A stretch of 64,000 bases of DNA from Candidatus Eiseniibacteriota bacterium (GTDB taxonomy: Bacteria; Eisenbacteria; RBG-16-71-46). The stretch lies in contig CAVUWA010000003.1 of assembly GCA_963744995.1 (NCBI GenBank), positions 96,001-160,000 on the forward strand, read 5' to 3'. The notes under the pieces are model-generated. The model worked only from the letters and a program-made list of their open reading frames with translations. It was not told the DNA's origin and searched no databases. Below, piece after piece: positions 17,277 through 27,072 of this stretch. Position 1 is the stretch's first letter; every line of letters begins with the position of its first letter. The position numbers were made by a program, and so were the translations under genes.

Positions 17277-17723
17277 CTAGCGTTCCGGCAGGTAGCCCGA
17301 CTTCTCGGGACCGACCAGGAGCTCTTCCTTGGTGTAGATGAATGCGTCGCGCTGGTAGTCCGAGAGCTCGTAGTTCTTCTCGAGGTAGATGGCGTCCTCG
17401 GGACAGGCTTCCTCGCACATGCCGCAGAAGATGCAGCGCAACATGTTGATCTCGTAGCGCTGGGCGAAGCGTTCGCCGTGGGAGCGCGGCTGCTCGGCGT
17501 CGTTCTCGGCCGCCTTGACGAAGATCGCATCGGCCGGGCAGGCGACGGCGCAGAGCTCGCAGCCGACACAGCGCTCGAGGCCGTCCTCGTGGCGCGTGAG
17601 GATGTGCAGCCCGCGGAACCGCGGGAACATCTGCAGCTTCTCGTTCGGGTATTTGACCGTGAACGGCTTCTTGAACAGGTTCTCGAACGTGATTCCGAGA
17701 CCCGTTGCGAGTTCCTTCAGCAT
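17277..17723 (-). CDS. nuoI: NADH-quinone oxidoreductase subunit I-like 2x[4Fe-4S] protein
   Basis: KPFTVKYP, PRFRGLH, CVGCELCAVACP, CIFCGMCEEACPEDAI. Confidence 0.9.
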   Translation of the reverse strand: MLKELATGLGITFENLFKKPFTVKYPNEKLQMFPRFRGLHILTRHEDGLERCVGCELCAVACPADAIFVKAAENDAEQPRSHGERFAQRYEINMLRCIFCGMCEEACPEDAIYLEKNYELSDYQRDAFIYTKEELLVGPEKSGYLPER

Positions 17724-17802
17724 CCCTTGCACTCCATCCCGTGGGGGTCGTAGAAGGCGGCAGAATAGCGGCCCGGCCGCGGTCCCTGCAAGCTGCCGGC
17801 GG

Positions 17803-18357
17803 CTACATCCGCGGCAGCGTGATCCCGCGCTGCGCCTGGTACTTGCCGGCCCTGTCGCGGTACGACGTCTCACACGGCTCGTCGCTCTCGAAGAACAGCA
17901 CCTGGGCGATGCCTTCGTTGGCGTAGATCTTCGCCGGCAACGGCGTCGTGTTGCTGATCTCCAGCGTCACCTGACCCTCCCACTCGGGCTCGAACGGGGT
18001 CACGTTGGTGATGATCCCGCAGCGCGCGTAGGTGCTCTTGCCGACGCAGATGGTCAGCACGTTGCGCGGGATGCGGAAGTATTCGACGGTGCGCCCGAGT
18101 GCGAAAGAGTTGGGCGGGATGATCGCGATCGGCCCCTTGAAGTCGACCATCGAGTCCGGATCGACCTTCTTCGGGTCCACGATCGTCGAGTTCACGTTCG
18201 TGAAGATCTTGAACTCGTCGGCGATCCGCACGTCGTAGCCGTAGGACGAGACGCCGTATGACACGACGTCCTGCCTGACCTGCTTCTCTTCGAACGGCTC
18301 GATCATCCTGTGCTCCACGCACATCCTGCGAATCCAGTGATCCGGCTTGATGGACAT
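17803..18357 (-). CDS. dcd: dCTP deaminase
   Basis: [48 protein letters not shown]. Confidence 0.95.
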   Translation of the reverse strand: MSIKPDHWIRRMCVEHRMIEPFEEKQVRQDVVSYGVSSYGYDVRIADEFKIFTNVNSTIVDPKKVDPDSMVDFKGPIAIIPPNSFALGRTVEYFRIPRNVLTICVGKSTYARCGIITNVTPFEPEWEGQVTLEISNTTPLPAKIYANEGIAQVLFFESDEPCETSYRDRAGKYQAQRGITLPRM

Positions 18358-18359
18358 GT

Positions 18360-18911
18360 CTACTCCCGGGTGGGGAAACGGCCCAGCGCGAGCAGGGCGT
18401 GAACGAGTTCGGGAACGATCAGGCGGCGCATCGCCAGGTCCACCGCGCGCGTGGAACCCGGCAGCATGAACACGAGGCGACCGCGGGCGACGGCCGCTCC
18501 GGCACGGGACATCCACGCCGCCGAGCCGACCTGGTCGAGCGACAGCACGCGGAACGATTCGCCGAAACCGGGCAGCCAGCGTTCGACCATGGGCGTCAGC
18601 GCTTCGGGCGTGCGGTCACGCGGCGCGAGACCCGTGCCGCCCGTGAGCAGCACGACGTCGACGTCGGTGCGCGCGAAAGCGGCCCGCAGGGCGCGCCGGA
18701 TGGCCGGCGGCTCGTCGCTCACCCAGGCGCGCGCGGCCACGACGTGGCCGGCACGCTCGAGCAGCGTGACGATGCGCTGGCCGCTGGCGTCTGCGGCGCC
18801 GCGCCGGGAGTCGCTGACGGTGATCACGGCGCAGACCGCCGGACGCGGACCGCGGCGGGCGGCGGCGTGCACGCCCTGGCGCCGGCCGCCCGCACGCTTC
18901 AGGCGGCCCAT
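18360..18911 (-). CDS. moaB: MoaB/MogA family molybdenum cofactor biosynthesis protein
   Basis: [40 protein letters not shown]. Confidence 0.85.
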   Translation of the reverse strand: MGRLKRAGGRRQGVHAAARRGPRPAVCAVITVSDSRRGAADASGQRIVTLLERAGHVVAARAWVSDEPPAIRRALRAAFARTDVDVVLLTGGTGLAPRDRTPEALTPMVERWLPGFGESFRVLSLDQVGSAAWMSRAGAAVARGRLVFMLPGSTRAVDLAMRRLIVPELVHALLALGRFPTRE

Positions 18912-19591
18912 GCCGCCGCCCGTTCGGAGACCCGGCCCGGTTCGATGCCGAAGTGCTCGCGCCACGCCTGCGCTTCGGCGAGCCGGTGTTCGGCCAGCTC
19001 CTCGAGCGGCGGCTCCCATTCGCCGGCCCCGCGCGGCAGCGCCGGCCCCGCGGCGGCAGCGAGTGCGGCGATCTCGGCCAGGGTGAGCGCCTCTTCCCCG
19101 GCCAGCTCGTACCAGCCCTCCCATGCCGCTCGATCGGTGAGCGCCAGGTCGAGCGTCTCGACGACGTCCGTCTCGCAGACCGGGTTCAGCAGCTGGCGGC
19201 CGCCGCGCGGCAGCCGCGGCCGTGAGCGCAGGCGCAGCCAGAACGGACTCGCGGGCCCGACCAGCGGCGCGAGGCGCACGGTCAGGGCCGGAATGCCGCT
19301 GCCGCGCGCGCGCTCCTCGAGTTCCCACATGCGCTTGAGCCGTCCGGCGCGGGCGTCCGGATGTGCACCGATCAGGCTCACGATCAGCACGCGCGCGCCC
19401 GGCGCGGTGCGCCAGGCACCGAGCAGCACGCCGAGCGCCATCGGCTCCAGGTCCACGCCGGGTCCGAGGACCAGCGTGGCACGCCCTTCCGGGCGCGCGG
19501 CAGCCGCCGGGCGCACGTCGTGCCCGCGCTCCGCCAGCGCCGCGATCAGGCGTGCCACCGGCGGATGGGGTGCACCGAACGCGTGGATCAC
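18899..19591 (-). CDS. Atypical SDR/NmrA-like NAD(P)-binding-fold protein (degenerate N-terminus)
   Basis: VSLIGA, EERARGSGIPALTVR, NPVCETDV, YELAGEEALT; GGAGG RBS before GTG 19591. Confidence 0.6.
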   Translation of the reverse strand: MIHAFGAPHPPVARLIAALAERGHDVRPAAAARPEGRATLVLGPGVDLEPMALGVLLGAWRTAPGARVLIVSLIGAHPDARAGRLKRMWELEERARGSGIPALTVRLAPLVGPASPFWLRLRSRPRLPRGGRQLLNPVCETDVVETLDLALTDRAAWEGWYELAGEEALTLAEIAALAAAAGPALPRGAGEWEPPLEELAEHRLAEAQAWREHFGIEPGRVSERAAAWAA

Positions 19592-19631
19592 GCGGCCTCC
19601 CGGCGCCGCTGCGGGCGAGGGCGGAACGACA

Positions 19632-20183
19632 TCAGTCGAGCGGCCCGGCGTCCGGCACGGCGCGCCCGTAGCCGCGCTCGAGGTAACTGCGGGCGAGGGC
19701 CGTGTAGTGCGCCGCGCCGCGCGCGATCGCCGCGCGATGGGCGTCCGACACCTGGCCGACCACGCGGGCCGGCGCACCCAGCACCAGGCTGCCCGCCGGA
19801 ATCACCTGCCGCTCGCGCACCAGGGCGCCCGCGCCGATCAGCGAGCCGCGGCCGACACGCGCACCGGACAGCACGATCGCGCCCATGCCGACCAGCACGT
19901 CGTCCTCGATCCGGCAGCCGTGGATGATCGCGCGATGACCCACCGTGACACGGGCGCCGAGCACGGCCGGCTCGTCCTCGTCGACGTGCACCATGGTCAG
20001 ATCCTGGAGATTCGTCTGCGCGCCGATCTCGATCGGCGCGGTGTCGCCGCGCACGACGGTGTTGAACCATACGCTCGCCCCGTCGGCGATGGACACGTCG
20101 CCCACGACGATCGCCCCGGGCGCGACGAACACGCCGGGCGCGATGCGGATCCGCGAGGCCCACGCGGCCGGGTCGTGACTCAC
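19632..20183 (-). CDS. Gamma-carbonic anhydrase family (YrdA/PaaY-like)
   Basis: Hexapeptide repeats; SVWFNTVVRGD, NLQDLTMVH, TVGHRAIIHGC, LVGMGA. Confidence 0.9.
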   Translation of the reverse strand: MSHDPAAWASRIRIAPGVFVAPGAIVVGDVSIADGASVWFNTVVRGDTAPIEIGAQTNLQDLTMVHVDEDEPAVLGARVTVGHRAIIHGCRIEDDVLVGMGAIVLSGARVGRGSLIGAGALVRERQVIPAGSLVLGAPARVVGQVSDAHRAAIARGAAHYTALARSYLERGYGRAVPDAGPLD

Positions 20184-20824
20184 GCCAGTCTCGAGACTTC
20201 GCCGACGAACGGATTGTGCAGGCGTTCGTGGCCGATCGTGGTCGGCGGCCCGTGGCCCGGAAACACCTCGGTGTCGTCGGGCAGCGGGAACAGGCGACCG
20301 CGAATCGATGCTTCGAGCGTCTTGAACGAGCCACCCGGCAGATCGGTGCGTCCGATCGACCCGGCGAAGAGCACGTCGCCGTCCCACAGCCGGCCTTCGG
20401 CGAGGAAACACACGCTGCCCGGCGAATGGCCGGGCGCGTGGATGACCTCTAGCATGGAATCGCCGAGCGGCAGCTTCATGCCGTGGGCGAGATCATGGAT
20501 CACCTCGGGGCCTTCGGCGGGCGGCAGCCCGAACATCGCGCCCTGCTGGGTCAGGGCGTCCAGCAGCGGGCGGTCGTCCGGATGCAGGTAGTAATCTCCC
20601 CCCAGCGCCTGCTGCGCCTCGCGCATCCCGGCGGCGTGGTCGTAATGCGCGTGGGTATTGAGCAGGTAGCGCACGTCGAGGCCGGCATCCCGCACCTCCG
20701 CGATCACCGTCTGCGGCTCGAACGCCACGTCCAGTACCGCGGCCTGACGCGTGCCGGCGCACACGAGGACGTACACGTTGTTGTCGAACGGGCCCAGATG
20801 CAGGATGCGGTGGAGGAGCGCCAT
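20180..20824 (-). CDS. MBL-fold metallohydrolase (YcbL/GloC-like)
   Basis: THAHYDH, PGHSPG, GDVLFAGSIGRTDLPGG, PGHGPPTTIGHE. Confidence 0.92.
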   Translation of the reverse strand: MALLHRILHLGPFDNNVYVLVCAGTRQAAVLDVAFEPQTVIAEVRDAGLDVRYLLNTHAHYDHAAGMREAQQALGGDYYLHPDDRPLLDALTQQGAMFGLPPAEGPEVIHDLAHGMKLPLGDSMLEVIHAPGHSPGSVCFLAEGRLWDGDVLFAGSIGRTDLPGGSFKTLEASIRGRLFPLPDDTEVFPGHGPPTTIGHERLHNPFVGEVSRLA

Positions 20825-20825
20825 G

Positions 20826-21974
20826 TCAGATCACGTTCGCCTCGACCAGCGCCGCCTGCTCGGCGAAGCGTTCGAGGCGCAGGTCGTAGAGATCGATGCT
20901 CGGGCGACCGTCGACGATCCACTCCGCGATCAGCTGGCCGACCGCCGGCGCGTGCATGAGCCCGTGGCCGCTGAATCCGTTCGCCAGCATCAGCCCCTCC
21001 CAGCCGGCGGGCGGACCGAGCACCGCGTTGTGGTCCGGCGTCGTTTCGTAGAGCCCCGCCCACGCGTTCGATACCTCGGCACTCTCGAGCGCGGGAATGC
21101 GATGCATGGCCGGCTCGACAACGCGTTCCAGCAGTTCCCAGTTCACCGCGGTATCGAAGCCGGCGGGCTCCTCGGGATTGGCGAGGCCGAGCAGTATGCC
21201 GCCGCTCTCGCGGTGCATGTACACGCCCGACTTCATGTCCACGATCATCGGCAGATCGTCGGTGACGAACGGCAGCGGCTCCGTGGTGAAGCAGTGACGG
21301 CGCACCGGTTGCACCGGAACGTCGATGCCGGTCCACTCGCTCATCCGGCCCGCCCAGGCACCCATCGCATTCACCACCATCGAGGTATGGATCACGCCCT
21401 TCGCGGTGCGCACCCCGGTGACGTGCGAGCCGTCGCGCTCGAGCCCGGTCACGGGCTCCGCGAAGCGGAACGTCGCGCCATGCTCCCGCGCGCGGGCGAC
21501 ATAGGCCTGCGTGATCTCGTGCGGATTGCAGAGTCCGTCGGTCGGGCAGAACGTGGCGCCGAGCACGTCGTCCACGTTCAGCGCCGGGACGAGCTCGCGC
21601 GCCTCGGCGGCGCTGAACGTCTTCACGTCGAGGCCCAGATCCCGCTGCATGTCGACCTGCGCCTGGAACGTGCGCCAGGCGTTCTCGCTGGAAAGCAGGA
21701 ACAGGTAGCCGACCTGGAAGAACACCGGATCACAGCCCATCTCCTCGGCGAACCGCCGGTAGTGCTCGACGGCGAGCATGGACATGCGCACGTTGATCGG
21801 CGTCGAGAATTGGGCGCGCACCCCGCCCGCCGCCTTCGACGTCGAGCCGGCGCCTGCGAACGGCTCCTGCTCGAGCACGACGACGCCCTTCACCCCCGCG
21901 AGCCCCAACCTGTAGGCGATCGCGGCCCCGATGCATCCCGCGCCGATCACCACGACGGGCGCGTTCTCGCTCAC
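20826..21974 (-). CDS. FAD-dependent oxidoreductase (DAO family, sarcosine oxidase beta-like)
   Basis: VIGAGCIG, GSTSKAAGGVRAQF, WAGLYETTPDH, GFSGHGLMHAPAVG. Confidence 0.9.
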   Translation of the reverse strand: MSENAPVVVIGAGCIGAAIAYRLGLAGVKGVVVLEQEPFAGAGSTSKAAGGVRAQFSTPINVRMSMLAVEHYRRFAEEMGCDPVFFQVGYLFLLSSENAWRTFQAQVDMQRDLGLDVKTFSAAEARELVPALNVDDVLGATFCPTDGLCNPHEITQAYVARAREHGATFRFAEPVTGLERDGSHVTGVRTAKGVIHTSMVVNAMGAWAGRMSEWTGIDVPVQPVRRHCFTTEPLPFVTDDLPMIVDMKSGVYMHRESGGILLGLANPEEPAGFDTAVNWELLERVVEPAMHRIPALESAEVSNAWAGLYETTPDHNAVLGPPAGWEGLMLANGFSGHGLMHAPAVGQLIAEWIVDGRPSIDLYDLRLERFAEQAALVEANVI

Positions 21975-22843
21975 GGCAGCCTCCGATAGAAGCGCTGCAG
22001 CCGCAGCGCGTCGTCTTCCTGCAGCGGGCTCTCGCAGATCACCCAGCCGGACACGCCGGCGTCGCGGAGCGCGCGCAGAACCTCTCTGTATGCGAAACGC
22101 GAGCGTACGAGCGGCTGATGCCGCCGCTCGCCCGCAGGACCATAATCGATTCCCGACATGTGTACATGCAACCGCGCCAGGGCTGCGGATCCGAGTCGTG
22201 CACGGATCGCATCGAGCATGGCTCGGTAGCCATCATAGCCGTTGTCGCGGCCGCCCGTGCGCGCGTAATGGTGCGCGAAGTCGACGCACGGCTGCAGGCC
22301 GGCGATGGCCTCGCACCAGTCGAGGATCTCCTCCAGGGTGCCCGGTTGCGAAGCCCGCCCCGTGAGCTCCGGGCGCAGGTCCACGTGCAGGCCCTGACGC
22401 TCGAGCGTCCGTCGGATCGAGGCGAGTGCGCGTCGCACCCGGCGCCCGGCCGCCGCCGGCGTCTGCGTGCCGTAGAAGCCGGCATGGAAGCAGACGCTTT
22501 GCGCGCCGCAGCGCACCGCCTGACGACAGGTTTCGACCAGGCGCGTGCGGCTGCGTGCGGCGACGTCAGCGGCGCCGCAGAGGTTCACGTAGTAGGGCGC
22601 GTGGGCCGTGAGGGCCACGTCATCGGCCCGCGCCGCCGCAGCGATCCGCGCCGCGGTCGCCTCGCTCATTCGTACCCCGTGGACCCAGGCCATCTCGAGG
22701 CAGCCCAGGCCCAACTCGCGGATCCGGCGAATGCCGTTGACCGTGCCGGCACCCGCCGACCGTGGCACGCCCGCCGTGCCGAAGCGCAGGGCCTGCCGCG
22801 CTGGATCAGAACGCCTGCTTCGAGCCAAACGACACCACCGCAT
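21971..22843 (-). CDS. nfo: Endonuclease IV / AP endonuclease 2, archaeal-like subtype; start uncertain (ATG 22843 or CTG 22789)
   Basis: LRFGTAGVP, HAPYYVNL, CFHAG, RPELTG, CVDFAH, HVHMSGI, ICESP. Confidence 0.75.
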   Translation of the reverse strand: MRWCRLARSRRSDPARQALRFGTAGVPRSAGAGTVNGIRRIRELGLGCLEMAWVHGVRMSEATAARIAAAARADDVALTAHAPYYVNLCGAADVAARSRTRLVETCRQAVRCGAQSVCFHAGFYGTQTPAAAGRRVRRALASIRRTLERQGLHVDLRPELTGRASQPGTLEEILDWCEAIAGLQPCVDFAHHYARTGGRDNGYDGYRAMLDAIRARLGSAALARLHVHMSGIDYGPAGERRHQPLVRSRFAYREVLRALRDAGVSGWVICESPLQEDDALRLQRFYRRLP

Positions 22844-24443
22844 CCCTGCGCCCGTCGCGGGTCGGTTCGATCGGCCAGGCCACGTCGATGCGCAGGATCT
22901 GCGACGGTGCGAGCCGGGCCAGCGACATGCGCAAGCCGATGCCGAGGCTGTGAAACCACTCCGATCCACCCGAGCCCGGCCCCCACGCCCTCGCGCTGTC
23001 GTAGAACCCGGCGAACCCGACACGCAGCTGATCGCCGATGTCCTGCGGCAGGGTCCAGCGGTCCTCGGCGTTGAAGCGCCACGCGCGCCGGCCGGCCAGC
23101 GCGTGAACCGAATACGCCCGCAACCCGTTCAGCCCTCCGAACACGACCTGGAAGTCGCGCGGGACGCGGGTGCCCTCGACGCCCAGCACCGACAGCACCG
23201 TGGCATGGCGCGGTGCCCACTGGCTGGTCCAGCGCGCATCGAGGCGCCGGACGACCTCGACCGGCGTGCTGCGCACGCGCCCCTCCATGGAGATCTTCAC
23301 CCGGCCGAAGCCGAGCGCGTTGCGCGCCCCGGCATCGAGCCCGAAGCGGACGTACGCCTCGTCGGCGGTGCCGCCGAGGAACTTCGGCGAAACGCCCAGC
23401 TCGATTTCGGCCGCCTGGCCGACGTCGAAGTCCTCGACCGTGCCCATCTCCTCGATGAACGAGCGCCGGATGTAATCCGGACGCCACAGGGCGAGGGTGC
23501 CGGACAGGCGGCGGATGCGCAGGTTGTCCTCTTCGCCGGCGAAGTCGGCGGGGGCGCCCGGCGTGACGCTCGACGGGCCGAGACGGCGATTGAAGAGCCG
23601 GAAAGAGCCCGTCACGCGGCGCACGATCCCGTCCAGCTCGCCCCCGTGACCGGCCGTGAGCTCGAGGGTCTCGATCCGGCGGTCGAAGCGCGCCACTTCG
23701 CTGCCGCGCTCGAACAGGTGCGCGACCGAGGTAATGCGCGTGCCCTCGAGGAGCGACGTGGCCGGCGCGTCCAGAGCCCAGAAGGGCACGCCGAAGGTGA
23801 ACTCGTTGCTGGCGCCGTCCGCGCCCGTCGCCCCGCCGACGCGCAGCAGCGTGCGCCCGCCCCCCACCGCCGGGTCGTTGAAGAAGATACCGCGCGAGAT
23901 CCCGGTCGGGTCCTCCGTGTAGCCTGCCGAGAGCTCCTTGCCGAAACCCAGCAGATTGCGCTCGGTGAACGAGAACGCGCCGTAGGTCTGGCCGCCGCCG
24001 CGCTCGATGTTGAAGTCCAGCAGCGTGGACCACAGGTCGCGCGTGTCCACGACGATACGCAGGGAGTCGCCGGAGAGGACCGGCTCGATGCGCTCCGGCT
24101 GCAGGAACTGCAGGCGGCGCAGATTGCGCGCCGTCTCCTCGCCGACGTCCGGATCCCACGCGTCACCCTCGCTGAACAGCAGGTGACTGCGCACGGTGGC
24201 GGGGCGCGTCGGAACGTGAAGGTGGTTCGCGATCCGGAGCAGCGGCGCGCCGAGGCTGCCGGGGCTGGGATCGAAGATGTTGCGCGTGTGGATCTCGATG
24301 ACGTCGATCCGGTGGCCTTCGTATCGATCCGACACGGTCGGCGGCATGAGCGAGTCCGCCGCGGCGGAGGATCCCGCTGCGGCGGCTCGAGTCGGAAACG
24401 TGAGAAGGAAACTAGCGGCGGCGAGCCGTACCCAGGCGTTCAC
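22806..24443 (-). CDS. Omp85/BamA-superfamily outer-membrane protein (one POTRA-like domain plus beta-barrel)
   Basis: Signal peptide; POTRA-like TRPATVRSHLLFSEGD...ETARNLRRL; TERNLLGFGK; GGLNGLRAY (RGY-like loop); C-terminal SFGSKQAF. Confidence 0.75.
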   Translation of the reverse strand: MNAWVRLAAASFLLTFPTRAAAAGSSAAADSLMPPTVSDRYEGHRIDVIEIHTRNIFDPSPGSLGAPLLRIANHLHVPTRPATVRSHLLFSEGDAWDPDVGEETARNLRRLQFLQPERIEPVLSGDSLRIVVDTRDLWSTLLDFNIERGGGQTYGAFSFTERNLLGFGKELSAGYTEDPTGISRGIFFNDPAVGGGRTLLRVGGATGADGASNEFTFGVPFWALDAPATSLLEGTRITSVAHLFERGSEVARFDRRIETLELTAGHGGELDGIVRRVTGSFRLFNRRLGPSSVTPGAPADFAGEEDNLRIRRLSGTLALWRPDYIRRSFIEEMGTVEDFDVGQAAEIELGVSPKFLGGTADEAYVRFGLDAGARNALGFGRVKISMEGRVRSTPVEVVRRLDARWTSQWAPRHATVLSVLGVEGTRVPRDFQVVFGGLNGLRAYSVHALAGRRAWRFNAEDRWTLPQDIGDQLRVGFAGFYDSARAWGPGSGGSEWFHSLGIGLRMSLARLAPSQILRIDVAWPIEPTRDGRRDAVVSFGSKQAF

Positions 24444-25143
24444 GGGCCAGCTGGGCCTCTCCGGCGTTGGGGAAGCGTTGCACGAGGTCCTCGAGGGTCT
24501 TGCGGGCGGCGGCCTCCTGCCCCTCCTTCTCCTGGCTCAGCGCCAGCTTGAACAGCGCCGACGGCACTTTGTCGCCCTGCGGCGCCAGGGCCTCGACCAT
24601 CGCGTAGGCGATGGACGCGCTGTCGAACTTCGCCATGGCGAAGAAGCACTCGCCGACACCGTACTGTGCGTTGTCTGCGAGCTCCGAGGTCGGGAACTGA
24701 CGCACGACGTCGCGGAATCCCTGCAGCGCCATCTCGTAACGGCCCTGGGTCAGATCCTGCGCGGCCTGGTCGTACATCTGTGCAGCGTCGGCGCCACCGG
24801 GCAGGACCGGCGCCGCGGTGCGTTCGGATACGCGCTGGAAGCGTCCCATCACCTCGCCGAGTCGGGATTCGAGCCGCTCCATCTGATCCATCATCTCGCG
24901 CGTCGTACTGCCGGTCGCGGCACGGGTGCTGAGCAGGATGTCCTTCTGCTCCTTCACCTCGCGCTGCACGTCGGCGAGCCTCACGTAGGCGAGCGAATCA
25001 CGCACGCGCATCCCGGCGACCTCCATGCGGAGGCTGTCGAGACCGGACTTGATCAGCATCTCCTGCGGGCCCGCGCAGCCGGGCAGGGCGCCACCGGCGG
25101 CGATCAGCAGCAGAACTCCGCCCGCCGTGATCAGCCGGCGCAC
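24412..25143 (-). CDS. cpoB: Tol-Pal accessory protein CpoB/YbgF (coiled coil plus TPR), predicted lipoprotein
   Basis: LPGC lipobox-like; FPTSELADNAQYGVGECF, KVPSALFKLA; directly downstream of pal. Confidence 0.85.
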   Translation of the reverse strand: MRRLITAGGVLLLIAAGGALPGCAGPQEMLIKSGLDSLRMEVAGMRVRDSLAYVRLADVQREVKEQKDILLSTRAATGSTTREMMDQMERLESRLGEVMGRFQRVSERTAAPVLPGGADAAQMYDQAAQDLTQGRYEMALQGFRDVVRQFPTSELADNAQYGVGECFFAMAKFDSASIAYAMVEALAPQGDKVPSALFKLALSQEKEGQEAAARKTLEDLVQRFPNAGEAQLARERLGTARRR

Positions 25144-25229
25144 GGACCGGACGGGTACGGGCCCTGCGGGCCGCCCCATCCGGCGGGCGCGGCCAGCGGC
25201 CGCGCCCGACCGGAAGACGGCGGACGTCG

Positions 25230-25751
25230 TCACCGCAGGACGAAGTGCGCCCGGCGATTCTTGGCCCACGCAGCCTCCGTGTGGCCCGGATCGAAGGGGC
25301 GTTCCTTGCCGTAGGAGATCGTCTGGATGCGCGAGGCGTCGATCCCCGCGTTCACCAGGTAGTCCCGGGCTGCGTTCGCGCGCCGCTCACCGAGCGCCAG
25401 GTTGTACTCGACCGTGCCCCGCTCGTCGCAGTGGCCCTCGATCGTGATCTGGGCGTCGGGGTGATCACGCAGCAGCTTGGCGTCGGCATCGAGTCCGGCA
25501 CGCGCCTCCGGCTTGAGGACCTCGGAATCCAGATCGAAGAACACGTCCTGGAGGTCGGTCTGCGTGAGCGGCGCAGGCGCCGGCGGCTTGGTTTCCTCGG
25601 GCGGTGGCGGCGGTGTCGGCTTCTCCTGCTGCGGCGGCGCAGGCGGCGGCTCCGGCGGCGCCTCGACCGCCTTCTTCGCGCAACCGATCGAGCCGGCGGC
25701 CAGCGCGAGAACAGCCACCAGGACGATGAATCTCGGCTTCAAGGTCTTCAT
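25230..25751 (-). CDS. pal: Peptidoglycan-associated lipoprotein
   Basis: Lipobox [39 protein letters not shown]. Confidence 0.97.
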   Translation of the reverse strand: MKTLKPRFIVLVAVLALAAGSIGCAKKAVEAPPEPPPAPPQQEKPTPPPPPEETKPPAPAPLTQTDLQDVFFDLDSEVLKPEARAGLDADAKLLRDHPDAQITIEGHCDERGTVEYNLALGERRANAARDYLVNAGIDASRIQTISYGKERPFDPGHTEAAWAKNRRAHFVLR

Positions 25752-25767
25752 GGCATCCCTCCCATGC

Positions 25768-27072
25768 TTACGGACCGATTGGAATGTTCTCGGCGGACTG
25801 GACGGTCACGACCCGCGGCGACCATGCGGGCGACAGCGCTTCGCGACCGCCGGTGTTCAGTTTCCGCGGGGAGCGGCCGTCCAGATCGGTGATCCAAATC
25901 CCCTGGGCACCGTCCCGGTTCGACGCGAACACCAGATGTCTCGCATCCGGTGACCACCGCGGGTTTTCGTTGCTGCCGCCGCTCACGGCGAGACGCAAGT
26001 CCGTCCCGTCGGTGCGGCACGTATAGATGTCGAACCCCTCACCCGTGCGCGCGACGAACGCGATGCGGTCGCCTTTCGGCGACCACGCCGGTGAGTCCGT
26101 GTAATTCACGTCGAACGTCAGCCTGCGCACATTACCACCTTCACTCCCCATCAGGTAAACCTGCGGAACGCCGCTGCGATCCGAGGTGAAAGCGATCTCG
26201 AGCCCCGTCGGCGACCAGCTCGGCGAGGTGTCGATCGCGCGGTTGGTCGTCAGCCGGACCGGGTTCCGGCCGCGCGCATCGAGGCGGTAGATCTCCGGAT
26301 TACCGTCCACGCTCAGGGTCGCCGCAATCGACTGGCCGTCCGGGGAGTAGGCCGGGGTGGTGTTGTTCCCCGGCCGGCCCGAGATCAGGTAGGTCTTCCC
26401 TCCGGCGGAGGGGATCACGTAGATGCGCGGGCCGTTGCCGTCGCGATACGAGGTGAACAACAGCAGGGATCCTTCCGGCGACCACGCCGGTGACAGCGCG
26501 ATCGAATGGTCCGCCGTCAGGCGCTGAAGGCCGGCGCCGTCCAGGTCCATCACGAACAGCTCCTTCGCCGAGCCCTCGTTCGCGACGAACGCGATCCGCG
26601 TGCTGGCGACACCCGGCTCACCGGTGAACTGCTGCACGATGTCGTCGGCGAGCGCATGCACCAGCGAACGCCACGACTTGAGCGAGCCGCGATATTCCTT
26701 GATGAGGATCGGCCGCCGCGCCGGCAGGTCACGCACCTCGCCGGTGAGACGCACGCGGTCGCCCCGCACTTCCCACTTGCCGCCGATCACGGCCTGCACG
26801 TCGAAGGCCTGCTCCGCCCCGGTCCAGGCGCGGGTCACCGCGAAGACCGCCGACTGTTCGAGATCGGCCGCCAGCACTTCGTCGGCCTGCACGCTCCAGG
26901 CCCGCGCCTGCCGGTCGCCCTGCGGCGTCATGCTCTCGCAGTGCACGCGGATCCGGCGCACGGCGTCGGATCGGACGTCGATCCGCACCTCGCTCGGCTG
27001 TGCCCACGCGGGCTGCACGAGCGCCACAGCGGCGAGGCAGGTCAACAGCGCTCGGAATGCCATGCGGAACAT
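25768..27072 (-). CDS. tolB: Tol-Pal beta-propeller protein TolB
   Basis: TolB N-domain ([13 protein letters not shown]), TRIAFV, PD40 repeats (SPAWSP, TSPSWSP, FTSDRSG). Confidence 0.93.
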   Translation of the reverse strand: MFRMAFRALLTCLAAVALVQPAWAQPSEVRIDVRSDAVRRIRVHCESMTPQGDRQARAWSVQADEVLAADLEQSAVFAVTRAWTGAEQAFDVQAVIGGKWEVRGDRVRLTGEVRDLPARRPILIKEYRGSLKSWRSLVHALADDIVQQFTGEPGVASTRIAFVANEGSAKELFVMDLDGAGLQRLTADHSIALSPAWSPEGSLLLFTSYRDGNGPRIYVIPSAGGKTYLISGRPGNNTTPAYSPDGQSIAATLSVDGNPEIYRLDARGRNPVRLTTNRAIDTSPSWSPTGLEIAFTSDRSGVPQVYLMGSEGGNVRRLTFDVNYTDSPAWSPKGDRIAFVARTGEGFDIYTCRTDGTDLRLAVSGGSNENPRWSPDARHLVFASNRDGAQGIWITDLDGRSPRKLNTGGREALSPAWSPRVVTVQSAENIPIGP

